Virus record (IMG/VR): IMGVR_UViG_3300032288_003086
Span: 60,087-124,086 of that record
Source: a virus
Length of the DNA: 64,000 nucleotides
Reading direction: 5' to 3' (one strand)
The translations under genes were made by a program, and so were the position numbers. Shown here one piece after another: positions 39,410-49,022 of the stretch (positions are counted from its first letter, which is position 1; each line of letters starts with the position of its first letter). The notes beneath the pieces are model-generated. The model worked only from the letters and a program-made list of their open reading frames with translations, was not told the DNA's origin and did not search any database.

Positions 39410-39671
39410 GTTTATAGATGATTAAGGGTTTATTGTTTTCAAGTTGCATTTTCAATTCATTCACTAGAGTCACTAGTTCCGCATTCTGTTTAAGCAATAC
39501 GTCTTCACGATTAGACCATTCTTCTTTGTCCAATCTTAGTTTTTCAAGTTCTCCTGTATGCGCACAGGCAGGCATAACAACATTGTTACTGTAATGATAC
39601 AGTCGGTAATAATTGATAGCCAGAACTATAGATATAATTCCGAACATCAAAGATAAAACTTTGTACTTCAT
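39327..39671 (-). CDS. N-terminal TM coiled-coil protein (Rz-like architecture)
   Basis: TM then coiled coil; overlaps next gene by 83 nt. Confidence 0.6.
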   Translation of the reverse strand: MKYKVLSLMFGIISIVLAINYYRLYHYSNNVVMPACAHTGELEKLRLDKEEWSNREDVLLKQNAELVTLVNELKMQLENNKPLIIYKHVQKRNIDAAASESITDLLKERYSPNH

Positions 39672-39689
39672 GGTTTATTGGGTTTTTAG

Positions 39690-40103
39690 TTAATCACTGT
39701 CTTGTTCTTCCAACCTGGACTCTGAGAATCCAAGTTCTTTTGCTTGCATTGGGTGCTTTTCTATCCAATCATGACATGTTCTGCATACTGCCAACCAGGT
39801 ATCTTGCTGCAAATACTTCTTGCCTCTTCCTGCTTTGTGGTGTACATCCGTACTAGTACCCGTACAAGCGACCAAGTGTGCTTTACAGAAGGGATGCTTG
39901 GATAAGAACTCTACCCTCAATTTGGAATATAACTTGTCTAGGACATCTCTTTTGGGAGATTTGGGGTTCAATACCCTAGACTTACTTGGAAATTTAGGAG
40001 GTTCACGCTTGAACCAACAATCTTTACAATAACGGTTGCCTGCGTCATTCTTCCAAATGGGTCGCATCTCACCGCAGCCTGCACACTGCTTAAGTTTCAT
40101 CAT
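39690..40103 (-). CDS. HNH endonuclease with N-terminal Zn finger
   Basis: CAGC...CKDC; PFC...C...DVHH..GR...WLAVCRTCH..I..H. Confidence 0.8.
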   Translation of the reverse strand: MMKLKQCAGCGEMRPIWKNDAGNRYCKDCWFKREPPKFPSKSRVLNPKSPKRDVLDKLYSKLRVEFLSKHPFCKAHLVACTGTSTDVHHKAGRGKKYLQQDTWLAVCRTCHDWIEKHPMQAKELGFSESRLEEQDSD

Positions 40104-40347
40104 TTATGTCCTCTGCGTCAAGGTCTTGGAGTTTATCCAAGTCTGACGGCTCTATGATTTCATTGTCCTCTTCATATTCTTCATCCTGCTTTGCCTCACC
40201 GTATAACAAGACACTAGATTCGAATGGGTTAATCACATCGTCTCCACAGTTAATGGATATAAGATACTCAAAATCATCATCCGTCATTCTCAGATAAACT
40301 TCCAAGGAAACCTCGATGGTTTTTCCATTTGGAAGGTTGATAATCAT
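40090..40347 (-). CDS. Small acidic protein
   Basis: 85 aa, Asp/Glu-rich C-terminus. Confidence 0.7.
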   Translation of the reverse strand: MIINLPNGKTIEVSLEVYLRMTDDDFEYLISINCGDDVINPFESSVLLYGEAKQDEEYEEDNEIIEPSDLDKLQDLDAEDINDET

Positions 40348-40406
40348 TGATATAGATATACATATACATAGACTACCAAACTACCAATAATCAGGAATAA
40401 ACTTTA

Positions 40407-40414
40407 CAAATTTA
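40407..40414 (-). promoter_or_regulatory. Bacteroidota -7 promoter box TAAATTTG
   Basis: Matches TAnnTTTG in the AT-rich gap ~60 nt upstream of 40347. Confidence 0.45.
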
Positions 40415-40436
40415 AAAAATTATTGGTATTATAACG

Positions 40437-40829
40437 CTAAAGTGTAACGTCAATTTCAGTGTATTCACCATTTAGATTTACGTCTATTTTCTTAGCAACC
40501 TTCATCTGCCACGGTTCAACCTTCATGTTCTTAAGATAATCCTTAGCATTAGGTATGAATCCGCAGTCCTCTTTCACATGTTGCTCACCTAGTAATCTGA
40601 CTGGAACATCCTTGATGTGACCTGACTCGAGGGTAATCCTTACAGATACCCCGAAGATCTTCTCACATTCAAAGATTCCTTCAGCATGGTGCCTGAATGC
40701 TCTGTGTCTTACATCAGCAATCCAGGATTTGGTTTCGTCAAACCAGTTATGAATGTGGACATACTGCTCCCACGTGCCGCCGTGCTTCCTTGCAGAAGAC
40801 ATTGCATGATGCATGGGTGTAGCCATCAC
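40437..40829 (-). CDS. DUF6915-like His-rich protein
   Basis: P.HHA.SSARK.GG...IH.WFDE.K...RHRAFRHH.EGIFE.E.IFG...GEQHV.ED. Confidence 0.7.
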   Translation of the reverse strand: MMATPMHHAMSSARKHGGTWEQYVHIHNWFDETKSWIADVRHRAFRHHAEGIFECEKIFGVSVRITLESGHIKDVPVRLLGEQHVKEDCGFIPNAKDYLKNMKVEPWQMKVAKKIDVNLNGEYTEIDVTL

Positions 40830-41743
40830 TCTGTATCAACATTGATATCCCAAGCTATGGTACACTCAGTGTGCTCAATATAGTTGTGATGTTCCCAACT
40901 GAATGTACTTTTGGTAAATTCAATTGATCCGTATCCACCTTCATTGTTGTAGAAACCATCTTCATGAGCTTGAATCAAACGCCAAATCAAGTTATCAAAA
41001 TCGTCACTGCCTGCTAACTTTTCAGTGAGTTCTGAATGGTTTTCTGTATCTGACACACGAACAATTATATCATCTATCTGACCGCTGTCTCCTGAGCCGC
41101 TATATCGGATGATATACTTCATATCACCACTATTTTGGTCAGCATCCAACAGCATGGCATGCAGCCACAATTCATATGCTTCAGATGTAAGTCTACCTGC
41201 CATCATTGTTAAGTATGGTCCTAATGGTTCTGTCTTATCATCATCCTCATCCTCAATGTGTTCTTCACACTCTTCAGGTTCAAATTCTTCAGATGAAGAT
41301 CCAAGCTCGAATACTTCAGCCTTCACCACAGGATATAAATCAGGATGGAACAATTCTTTCCAGTTATCAAATATGGCATCCAGATACAGAGTACCTACCT
41401 CTTGGTCATGTACATCATAGATTACACAGGTACCTCTCATAAGGTCCAAGGTGAACTTCTGTTGTATCATAAGCGTACTTGCAATTATGAAGTTACCATC
41501 CACATACTTGCGAGCATTCACAATGGAATGCATTTGTTCATCCAAGGTAACAAATACCTTGATCTTACCCATACTTAACTCAGGTTTACGTGTGCGTAAG
41601 TTCTTGAGTCCTTTGGAGTATTTCTTCAACATTTCAATAAATTCTTCTTCAGAGTCCACATGGGAGTATCCGTTGAAGTCTGGCAGAGCCATGTTAATGA
41701 TCTCTCCATTTGATAATATCAATTCTAATTTCCTGAATATCAT
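40826..41743 (-). CDS. Protein with C-terminal DUF6878-like domain
   Basis: YSGSGDSGQID...FYNNEGGYGSI. Confidence 0.6.
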   Translation of the reverse strand: MIFRKLELILSNGEIINMALPDFNGYSHVDSEEEFIEMLKKYSKGLKNLRTRKPELSMGKIKVFVTLDEQMHSIVNARKYVDGNFIIASTLMIQQKFTLDLMRGTCVIYDVHDQEVGTLYLDAIFDNWKELFHPDLYPVVKAEVFELGSSSEEFEPEECEEHIEDEDDDKTEPLGPYLTMMAGRLTSEAYELWLHAMLLDADQNSGDMKYIIRYSGSGDSGQIDDIIVRVSDTENHSELTEKLAGSDDFDNLIWRLIQAHEDGFYNNEGGYGSIEFTKSTFSWEHHNYIEHTECTIAWDINVDTE

Positions 41744-41759
41744 GGATAATAGGATTATG

Positions 41760-41786
41760 AAAAACCCCCTGCTTTTGACAGGGGGT
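41760..41786 (-). terminator. Intrinsic terminator after vWA gene
   Basis: ACCCCCTG/CAGGGGGT stem with T-run on the minus strand. Confidence 0.65.
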
Positions 41787-41794
41787 CTCTCGAT

Positions 41795-43600
41795 TTACAA
41801 TGTTACTTTCTGTTTTATCAGATCGTTGATCTTAGTTCTAAGGAATCCTACGAACTTCATAGGGAACTCAGCAATACTGTCTATATCCAACACATTCTTG
41901 AACATGTCAGTACTACGATAACCACCAATGGTCACCTGAATCACCTGGAATCCCATCTGCTCAATCTTGATGGCAGTCTTACGCACGTGTTCTTTGGCTG
42001 CATAACCACTATACGCATTGGCATGCGGAGAACCATCGCTGAGGATGACAAACACACCTTGATTCTGGGTGAATTTACGCATGCGCTTTGCAGCTGCAAT
42101 CATGGCAACACCATCGCGATTCTCATACTTGGCGAAGATACTACCCATAGCTGTTTCATTGTTATTACCAGGTTCGCGGTATATGAATAGCTGGGTAGAG
42201 TTAGTACCGCTAGCACCCTCTTCATACCAATCTGCAGTATGACCATAGATGAACAATTCCACATCAGGTACATTCTTAAGTGCTTCATTAAGCATGATGG
42301 CAGCTTGAGCCGCAGTCTTATCTTTACCATTACTACTCATACTACCTGACTCATCGATAAGGATGCCTACGCATAGCTTATTGGTCTTGACAGTACCAAT
42401 CCTTTCATAGATGGTAGGTACATGCTGCTTTGCTTCTGCAAGCTTACCTGTATCCAACCTGCCACTACGCATGGATTTGAGAGAGAACTGGTAATCGCGA
42501 TTCTTACGCTTGAGCAGTGTACCAATGACAGATGCTTTGTTACGATCTACTTGATCTAACAACATCTTGTACCTTTTGGTAAAATAATCAGTTGGAACAG
42601 GGGTGATATAATCCACCTTACCATTGATCTCACCAGAGCTGCTGGTTTCACGAAGACTTTTCATCTCATCCACCATCTGTTGTAGTTGATCTTTATCCTC
42701 AGTATCTGGTTCAGACATGGATTCCATCATCTTTTTCATGTACTCCTGCATTTCAGCAGTACCAGATGAACCTTTGCCTTTACCACCTTCACCGCTTTTA
42801 TCACTTTCACCATCACCATCATCACCACTGTCTTCAGGCTTCTCTTCTTCAGGTGGTATCTCGATGTATTCATTCAACACACCTGCGATCTTCTTACCCA
42901 GCTTGCGACACTTGCCTGAGGTGTCAGGAATACCATCGCTTTTCTGGATCAGTTCTTTGATAGCTTCAATAGGTTTGGCAAACTCAGTGAGTTCTTCCTC
43001 GGTAATCTGATCAGGATAGCGAATGATACGGTCAAACAGATCCAATAGATGCTTGGACTTGTCTCCATCATGTGAAGGACGCTCTGCATACTTATGCTCT
43101 TTGTATTTCTTTACAAAGCGCAGGTAGCCTGGAGTATCTTCATTCATCAGTTTACTCACACGCTCTTCATTGAGCACACGCTGTACAAACTTCTCCAGGT
43201 TAGGATTGCTCTCCAGACGATGATCAGAAGATATCTCAACAGCATCCTGGTGTACAAACCTTGCCATGTTTTGAAGTGCAGCACCCAGGAATACATCCAT
43301 AGGGATACTGGAATCCTTCAACAGATCAGTAGGAAGATGTGCCTTACCTGTGTATTTGCGTTTACCAGCAAAATCATCAAGGGTGACACCCATTACACGA
43401 CTCATGGTGGATAACAAACCAGCTGCCTCGGTCACTTTACTACTTGCTTTGGAGGAATAACCATTGCCAAAGAAGAAATCGCTGTAATTCTCCAATCCTT
43501 TGTCCCAGCTTATGGAACGCTTGGTAGGATCATAATATGTGTAACCTTCATCAGCATCCCTGCTGAACCAGTCATAGAATTTGAATCCTGCTTTACCCAT
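41795..43600 (-). CDS. vWA-domain protein (CobT/NorD-like)
   Basis: SGRLD, MIDAS ILIDESGSM, NRDG, LSDGSP; acidic linker; start moved to MGKAG. Confidence 0.85.
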   Translation of the reverse strand: MGKAGFKFYDWFSRDADEGYTYYDPTKRSISWDKGLENYSDFFFGNGYSSKASSKVTEAAGLLSTMSRVMGVTLDDFAGKRKYTGKAHLPTDLLKDSSIPMDVFLGAALQNMARFVHQDAVEISSDHRLESNPNLEKFVQRVLNEERVSKLMNEDTPGYLRFVKKYKEHKYAERPSHDGDKSKHLLDLFDRIIRYPDQITEEELTEFAKPIEAIKELIQKSDGIPDTSGKCRKLGKKIAGVLNEYIEIPPEEEKPEDSGDDGDGESDKSGEGGKGKGSSGTAEMQEYMKKMMESMSEPDTEDKDQLQQMVDEMKSLRETSSSGEINGKVDYITPVPTDYFTKRYKMLLDQVDRNKASVIGTLLKRKNRDYQFSLKSMRSGRLDTGKLAEAKQHVPTIYERIGTVKTNKLCVGILIDESGSMSSNGKDKTAAQAAIMLNEALKNVPDVELFIYGHTADWYEEGASGTNSTQLFIYREPGNNNETAMGSIFAKYENRDGVAMIAAAKRMRKFTQNQGVFVILSDGSPHANAYSGYAAKEHVRKTAIKIEQMGFQVIQVTIGGYRSTDMFKNVLDIDSIAEFPMKFVGFLRTKINDLIKQKVTL

Positions 43601-43601
43601 G

Positions 43602-43778
43602 TTATTTGGTATCAAATGTTATTATCAATCTTACAGAAGGGTCTAACTCCCGCAATCTTTGTTCAAACTCGCAGACCATTTCCTCAAGGTCATATACCTT
43701 GAGGCCATGGTCATCGATATGAAAGTAAGTACCTATGGTGATTACACCATACTCGCTGTCATCAAATTCCTCTTTCAT
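43602..43778 (-). CDS. Small acidic protein (58 aa) between MoxR and vWA genes
   Basis: Translated by hand MKEEFDDSEYG...FDTK; TGATG overlap upstream, 1 nt gap downstream. Confidence 0.6.
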   Translation of the reverse strand: MKEEFDDSEYGVITIGTYFHIDDHGLKVYDLEEMVCEFEQRLRELDPSVRLIITFDTK

Positions 43779-45043
43779 CAGTTAGCTGCGATAATGGATT
43801 TTACTTTGGTACGCTCGGATACACCTGTGGAATCATCAAACAAAGGCATGATGACCTTCATCAGTGCACCTACTGTGTCAAAGCCGTCTTTGATAAGACT
43901 GGCTGCAAGCAAGGTATGACGCACAGATACCACATTGGACAACTCCTGATCCCTGAACTGCTCGCGGATGGTCTTGGATACCTTCACAATAGCTTTGGCA
44001 GTCTTCTCATCAATACCTGTACGGATGATAAGGATCTTGGACTCAGCAGCTTCTGTTGGATATGTCAACTCCACAGGCATGAAACGATCTAGCAATGCGC
44101 GGTCAATCTGGGTAGTACCTGTGTACTCCGCACCTAGGTTAGCAGTTGCAAAGAACACACACTTATCATGTACAGGTACAGTCCTGATACCTTCTCCCAC
44201 TGCAATGTCAATAGGAAGATACCTGCGTCTGTCAAGACATGGGAACAGGATATTGGCTGCTGACAATGGAGCACGATTCAACTCGTCGAGTAGTACAATG
44301 CCTTCGCGTTGTACGTGACCAACAAATGGAGCATAGTCAAACTCTGAGTGACCCTCTTTGTTCAAGCGGTGAACACCTAGCAATGCAGACTGGGCATCTT
44401 GTACAGTACCCATGTCCTGAATAGACAGATGTTTACTCATTGCTTCAGTGATGTGCGTCACTAGTTCTGTCTTACCTGAACCTGTAGGACCTATGAGCAT
44501 GGTATTCTCACCACGCATGATGTTGCGGATAAGCAGATACCATACATCCTCATCCACGTGGAATCCAATCTCAGACTCTTTAGGACAGGGGAACTTGCGA
44601 ATGATCTGCTCACGCAAAGAACCTGTGGAATCCTCCACATAATCCTTACACTTGCCTTCTACATCCACCATGTATCCCAATTCAACAAACTTGGCAGCAT
44701 ACTTGCGTGCGCCTTCACAGCGGTATTCTGAATTTGCAATCATCCAGTCCATCAGATACTCCACATCTGCATTGGTGGGAGTATTATCCGCTGACAGGCT
44801 GCCTGCATATACTGTATCTTCATAAAACATAGGACGTACGCTGCCTATGATCTTGGATTCTATCTCACCCCAGGTAATGTCAGACACAATAAAGTGCGTA
44901 CCTATGGGGAACTTGGTCAATACTTTGGCATCACCTGTGAGCCTTGTGGTTTCATTGATACCCACAGGCATCTTGTTAGCTTGGTTGCTGATGAATTTTA
45001 CTGTAAACTGGGTGCCTTCCAAGGCGGTTTTGATCAAGTACAT
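43778..45043 (-). CDS. MoxR/CbbQ/CobS-type AAA+ ATPase
   Basis: GPTGSGKT, LLDELNR, ATAN, DRALLDRF, SVR. Confidence 0.9.
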   Translation of the reverse strand: MYLIKTALEGTQFTVKFISNQANKMPVGINETTRLTGDAKVLTKFPIGTHFIVSDITWGEIESKIIGSVRPMFYEDTVYAGSLSADNTPTNADVEYLMDWMIANSEYRCEGARKYAAKFVELGYMVDVEGKCKDYVEDSTGSLREQIIRKFPCPKESEIGFHVDEDVWYLLIRNIMRGENTMLIGPTGSGKTELVTHITEAMSKHLSIQDMGTVQDAQSALLGVHRLNKEGHSEFDYAPFVGHVQREGIVLLDELNRAPLSAANILFPCLDRRRYLPIDIAVGEGIRTVPVHDKCVFFATANLGAEYTGTTQIDRALLDRFMPVELTYPTEAAESKILIIRTGIDEKTAKAIVKVSKTIREQFRDQELSNVVSVRHTLLAASLIKDGFDTVGALMKVIMPLFDDSTGVSERTKVKSIIAAN

Positions 45044-45044
45044 G

Positions 45045-45227
45045 TTAGTCTTGGTTTTTATTGTTTAGTTCAAGGTATTCAATGAGGTACTTGGCATAAC
45101 TGGTCAGGAGTATATGCCCTTTGTATGTGAACTCTTCACGACGTTCTTCTTTTGCTTTCTCATAAGCTACCTTGAGATGTTTTATCTCAGATGCATCGAT
45201 GTAATCCATCAGCTTGGTTTTGCCCAC
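45045..45227 (-). CDS. Hypothetical phage protein
   Basis: 60 aa; F.Y.G..LLTSYAKYLIEYL motif. Confidence 0.6.
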   Translation of the reverse strand: MGKTKLMDYIDASEIKHLKVAYEKAKEERREEFTYKGHILLTSYAKYLIEYLELNNKNQD

Positions 45228-45490
45228 ACCAGGTGGAGTGTATAAAATGAATCTTTGTCATAGGGAACCTGTACACCTTGGTTATACCCTGCGATCACAA
45301 CTCTTTGATAAACAGTTTTATCCATGTCTTCTATTTCAGATCCTGGACCAATGATATGCCTGCAAAATCTTAGTTCAGCACGATCCAGGATCTCTTGGTA
45401 TATAGAATCAGAAAAATTGTCTAGAAATGAAAACGCCTCAATTATCTGAGGCGTTCCATTTTTGATTTTTACGATGTTCAATGTCTTCAT
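45209..45490 (-). CDS. Hypothetical protein
   Basis: 93 aa, coupled. Confidence 0.55.
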   Translation of the reverse strand: MKTLNIVKIKNGTPQIIEAFSFLDNFSDSIYQEILDRAELRFCRHIIGPGSEIEDMDKTVYQRVVIAGYNQGVQVPYDKDSFYTLHLVWAKPS

Positions 45491-45696
45491 TGGGTCAGTT
45501 CAATAATCTGATACCAGGATTCCCAATCAGTACCTGCTAATTCAACCATCATTTTTTTGATGCTGGTTTTGCAGCCTGATTTCTTGGAATAACCTTCACT
45601 AGTCAAAATAGGTTTGTTGTTCTTGACGCTGGAAATGTGCCAATACCATTGGCCATCCATCCCCTGCCAGATTTCGATTTTGTACTTGTTTTTCAT
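45487..45696 (-). CDS. YegP/DUF1508-like protein
   Basis: DGQWYW...N.K.ILTSEGYSKKSGC..SI; start moved to MKNKY. Confidence 0.72.
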   Translation of the reverse strand: MKNKYKIEIWQGMDGQWYWHISSVKNNKPILTSEGYSKKSGCKTSIKKMMVELAGTDWESWYQIIELTQ

Positions 45697-45706
45697 GTGT
45701 ATAGTT

Positions 45707-45961
45707 TTAAAGATTAGGATCTTCTTTCTTTCCAAACTGCCACTCATAGTACTGCTTGCCATCATTCACAAGCTTCTGCAACTCCTCGTTGGATATTTCT
45801 GGATTGTAATAACCCACATAGGCTCTGATTAGATCAAACTTCTCAGCAGTATCCCTCAGCTCTGTAGCGAAGGCTATGAGGATATCATAGTCAAACTCTT
45901 GCTTTTCTTCCTTTGACTTCTCCAAGAACTCAAGGAACACGGTCATTGCAGTTTTTGCCAT
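45707..45961 (-). CDS. Distant KTA..YY family paralog
   Basis: MAKTAMT...EK..LIRAY...GKQYYE. Confidence 0.6.
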   Translation of the reverse strand: MAKTAMTVFLEFLEKSKEEKQEFDYDILIAFATELRDTAEKFDLIRAYVGYYNPEISNEELQKLVNDGKQYYEWQFGKKEDPNL

Positions 45962-45962
45962 A

Positions 45963-46100
45963 TCAGAAATCTTCGTCTAAGTAATCTTCACCTCTATATT
46001 TAGGGTGATTCTTGTTCATGTCATTGATACCCTTTACCCAAAGGATGCAGATGACAATCAAAATCCCTATGCCTATAAGTGTAATTTCAGTGAGTGTCAT
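45963..46100 (-). CDS. Small membrane protein (45 aa)
   Basis: Translated by hand; TM then WVKGINDM...HPKYRGED; fills the gap exactly. Confidence 0.6.
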   Translation of the reverse strand: MTLTEITLIGIGILIVICILWVKGINDMNKNHPKYRGEDYLDEDF

Positions 46101-46381
46101 GGTTGCAAATCTAAGTCTTTTTTGAATTTAAACAAGCATGTGATAAATTCCAGAAGTTTATCCCTGTCCTCAAACTCATACTCTGCTGTTTCAAACAACT
46201 TGACCTTCCATATATCATTACTGATCTTATCAGATTCTTGGGATATCAGACAAAAGTTCTCATTGGTGTTACTTAGCTCAAGTTCGTAGTAATACCAGCC
46301 GTGAGCATCCCCCGATTCCTCAGGGGATACTACGACCTTTTCAAATCCAAACGCAATAAGATCTATTTCTTTAATCTTCAT
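46097..46381 (-). CDS. Hypothetical protein
   Basis: 94 aa. Confidence 0.62.
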   Translation of the reverse strand: MKIKEIDLIAFGFEKVVVSPEESGDAHGWYYYELELSNTNENFCLISQESDKISNDIWKVKLFETAEYEFEDRDKLLEFITCLFKFKKDLDLQP

Positions 46382-46384
46382 TAC

Positions 46385-46996
46385 TTAAAAGATTTGGAAT
46401 CCACCACACTCCCGAAGGAATGAAATGAACTCATATACATACTCTTTAGATACACTATGCGTGGTATGATATAAGATACCATCATGTTCTATCTCACCAT
46501 TCTTTACATACAATGTGCTGGATACTACAGCTTCCACATCGTAGTTGTGCAATACCTTCTCCAATGATTCCTTGTCATCCATCCATTTCTCCACCATCTG
46601 ACCATGGTCATTTATGGTGCTATAGGTAAGAGTACCAAAGAACACACCTATGGAATTCCAGCCATCGAAATGATTCTCGATATAGGATTCCATGAAGTTG
46701 GCGAGCTTATCACATTCAGCTTGGGTTTTAAGACCACCGCCGTCATTGTAATGCAGCTGATTGAGGAACTTCTCATCATGTTCGAAACCGTACAGTTCAG
46801 TGACAGATGCTATAATCATTGCAATAGGTCTCCAGGACCATAGGTTGGCTCTGAAGTATACTCCTGGGTTCTGCGTGCGGAATTCCTGCAGCTGCTCCCA
46901 GTATTTGTCTTGTTCCTCCTTAGTGGAACTATCCCAGTTAATAGTAGGTTCTACACCCCTTAGTACAGGAGCGATACCATAGACATCCATTCCCAT
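46385..46996 (-). CDS. Conserved phage protein (MGMDVYG...CGGF family)
   Basis: YFRAN.W.WRP, F..FL..CGGF.I motifs. Confidence 0.7.
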   Translation of the reverse strand: MGMDVYGIAPVLRGVEPTINWDSSTKEEQDKYWEQLQEFRTQNPGVYFRANLWSWRPIAMIIASVTELYGFEHDEKFLNQLHYNDGGGLKTQAECDKLANFMESYIENHFDGWNSIGVFFGTLTYSTINDHGQMVEKWMDDKESLEKVLHNYDVEAVVSSTLYVKNGEIEHDGILYHTTHSVSKEYVYEFISFLRECGGFQIF

Positions 46997-47379
46997 TATT
47001 TACCGAATTTGCGTTTAATGTCTTTCATTAACTTCATCAATTCCTCAGATGCCTGGGGATCTTTGAAGAGCTTTTCAATACGCGGGTCATTCATATCATC
47101 AATGCCCATTTCTTTGAGTATATCAGTGATGTTATCGCTAGCTTCACCCATTTTGTCTATTTTCTCAAGAGTCTGTTGTTCCATATCATCAATCATATCC
47201 CTGAGAAGAGTGATACTAGCCAGTACGCTGCTAGGAGCGCCCACGCATTTTACAGCCCTTGAAGATGGGAATCCATTCTTATCGAATTCCACAGCAACCA
47301 TAAGAACTGATTTGTTCTCTTCATTTTTTTCATAGTCATCCAGCATATCAAATGCTTTCTGTAGCATGCTTTTACTCAT
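46996..47379 (-). CDS. Hypothetical protein
   Basis: 127 aa, TAATG coupled. Confidence 0.65.
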   Translation of the reverse strand: MSKSMLQKAFDMLDDYEKNEENKSVLMVAVEFDKNGFPSSRAVKCVGAPSSVLASITLLRDMIDDMEQQTLEKIDKMGEASDNITDILKEMGIDDMNDPRIEKLFKDPQASEELMKLMKDIKRKFGK

Positions 47380-47671
47380 CTAATTTCTTTTTGATGTCGG
47401 GCTCCGCTTCTTCAATTAGTTCAATAATGGGGTGGAGCTTATCCACTATTGAACGCACTGTCTTGTAATGGTCTGTCTTTTTGAAGGCATTTTCTTCCTC
47501 CTTGGATATCTTCACCACTACATAAGGCTGGACATTAAGCCCCTCATCGAGGCTTATGTCCAACCTTTCTGTACGATATCCTTGTTCAAAGGTCTCTTCT
47601 ATCTGCTCGAGATAGGATCTGAATTGGTAGTAAACCAAGGATACCTCAGTGTTGTCAAGTTCTTTTATCAT
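47372..47671 (-). CDS. Hypothetical protein
   Basis: 99 aa, coupled. Confidence 0.62.
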   Translation of the reverse strand: MIKELDNTEVSLVYYQFRSYLEQIEETFEQGYRTERLDISLDEGLNVQPYVVVKISKEEENAFKKTDHYKTVRSIVDKLHPIIELIEEAEPDIKKKLDE

Positions 47672-48159
47672 AACGCAAGTTTTTGTTCACTTAGATCATA
47701 GAAGTCTAAAGGTAACAACTTATTCTCAATCCATGCGTCAATGACATCCACTGTTTTTATGCCTAACTCCCTGAGTGTGGGCATTTCAGCATACTTACCA
47801 TCCTTGTAGTAATCCAACTTGATGTCTGGAAATATCACAGCAAACAGCTTATTGATATACCCAAAACTCTTCTCATACTTCATCTTGTTGAGTACTTCGG
47901 TGGCACGCAAATGCTTATTGCGGATGGCAAACTTGGTACTTTCAGGCATACTCTCGAACTCATTGACAGAGTAAGCCTTTGGGCCCAGCATTAGTTGCTG
48001 GTACAATCCATATTGGATGCCATTCATCTGATAATGATGATTCATCTGACGATATACATTGTCAGATTGTGACATTTCCCCATAAGGAATGAAGGTTGAT
48101 TTTTGGGTGTTCTCGTAGTTTACGGCTACACCTTTGGCTGTTGCAGTGACTGTTTTCAT
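47668..48159 (-). CDS. Hypothetical protein
   Basis: 163 aa; TLRELGI...LLP.DFY C-terminus. Confidence 0.7.
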   Translation of the reverse strand: MKTVTATAKGVAVNYENTQKSTFIPYGEMSQSDNVYRQMNHHYQMNGIQYGLYQQLMLGPKAYSVNEFESMPESTKFAIRNKHLRATEVLNKMKYEKSFGYINKLFAVIFPDIKLDYYKDGKYAEMPTLRELGIKTVDVIDAWIENKLLPLDFYDLSEQKLAL

Positions 48160-48167
48160 GTTGAATA

Positions 48168-48344
48168 TCAGTTTTTTGGTTTTTGTTTATTGATTAGAAA
48201 TATCAGGAATAAGGGTACTGAGATTGGCGCGGATAACCATATGAGCCAGTCTTTGTAGGTGATCTTTTTGGGTTCGATGTTGTAGGCAAGTACGGCGATC
48301 AAGGTCATAATTGCGTAGGCCAACATCACATAGGCATAAATCAT
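48168..48344 (-). CDS. Small two-TM membrane protein (58 aa)
   Basis: Translated by hand MIYAYVMLAY...; TGATG overlap with upstream gene. Confidence 0.55.
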   Translation of the reverse strand: MIYAYVMLAYAIMTLIAVLAYNIEPKKITYKDWLIWLSAPISVPLFLIFLINKQKPKN

Positions 48345-48628
48345 CAATAGTGTACGTTCTCACATTCAAATACCAGGAATGGTAGTATCATATGAGGCAA
48401 TGTGAATTCAAACTCGTTGTCATTATGTGACATGCGCACACCTTGTATTTCAGGTATGATTTGTTTTGCCAACTCCAAAATACGCCTGTGGCTATCTGCT
48501 AGGATAGTATGGGTCTGACCCATATAGTTGAACTGGACAAAGTACTTAAACAAATAAGGCTCAACAATAACCTGCTGAGCCCCTTGCACAATCTGATCGT
48601 GATAATGTTCTTTAATTCTGCTCATCAT
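48344..48628 (-). CDS. Hypothetical protein
   Basis: 94 aa. Confidence 0.6.
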   Translation of the reverse strand: MMSRIKEHYHDQIVQGAQQVIVEPYLFKYFVQFNYMGQTHTILADSHRRILELAKQIIPEIQGVRMSHNDNEFEFTLPHMILPFLVFECENVHY

Positions 48629-48947
48629 ACATCGTTATTATGCCTCTACATTTGAGGCGGATTATTCTTTCAATATTCTCACACTTTTTAACCAGATAGT
48701 GTTCCACGTTTTCCTGAGGAAGGATATTGTAGTATACATTCTCCACAATCTCCTTCATGCTGTAATACTTGGTATCTACCATCTGGCGACTCCTACCATC
48801 ATAGACCCTGTGGTAGTATTCCGTATTCTTGCTTTCAGGGGGATTGACTATGTTATCCCAATTCTCTCTGAGTATACTACGGATGTGTGGCAGGGATGTT
48901 TGCAGTATCTGCATCATCTTGAGGTATTTTTCGAATTGTGTGTACAT
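48612..48947 (-). CDS. Hypothetical protein
   Basis: 111 aa. Confidence 0.6.
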   Translation of the reverse strand: MYTQFEKYLKMMQILQTSLPHIRSILRENWDNIVNPPESKNTEYYHRVYDGRSRQMVDTKYYSMKEIVENVYYNILPQENVEHYLVKKCENIERIIRLKCRGIITMYDEQN

Positions 48948-48970
48948 GGCCTTATGAATAGGTTGAAGAT

Positions 48971-49006
48971 AAAAATAAAGGGGATATTTCGCAATACCCC
49001 CCTTAT
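48971..49006 (-). terminator. Intrinsic terminator
   Basis: GGGGATATT/AATACCCC imperfect stem with T-run on the minus strand. Confidence 0.5.
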
Positions 49007-49022
49007 GACCCAGTCACCAAAA

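Noticed and set aside
48187-48369. ORF-track 60-aa minus-strand ORF
   Set aside because: An alternative frame (48168-48344) has an ATG, a TGATG overlap and a coherent two-TM product
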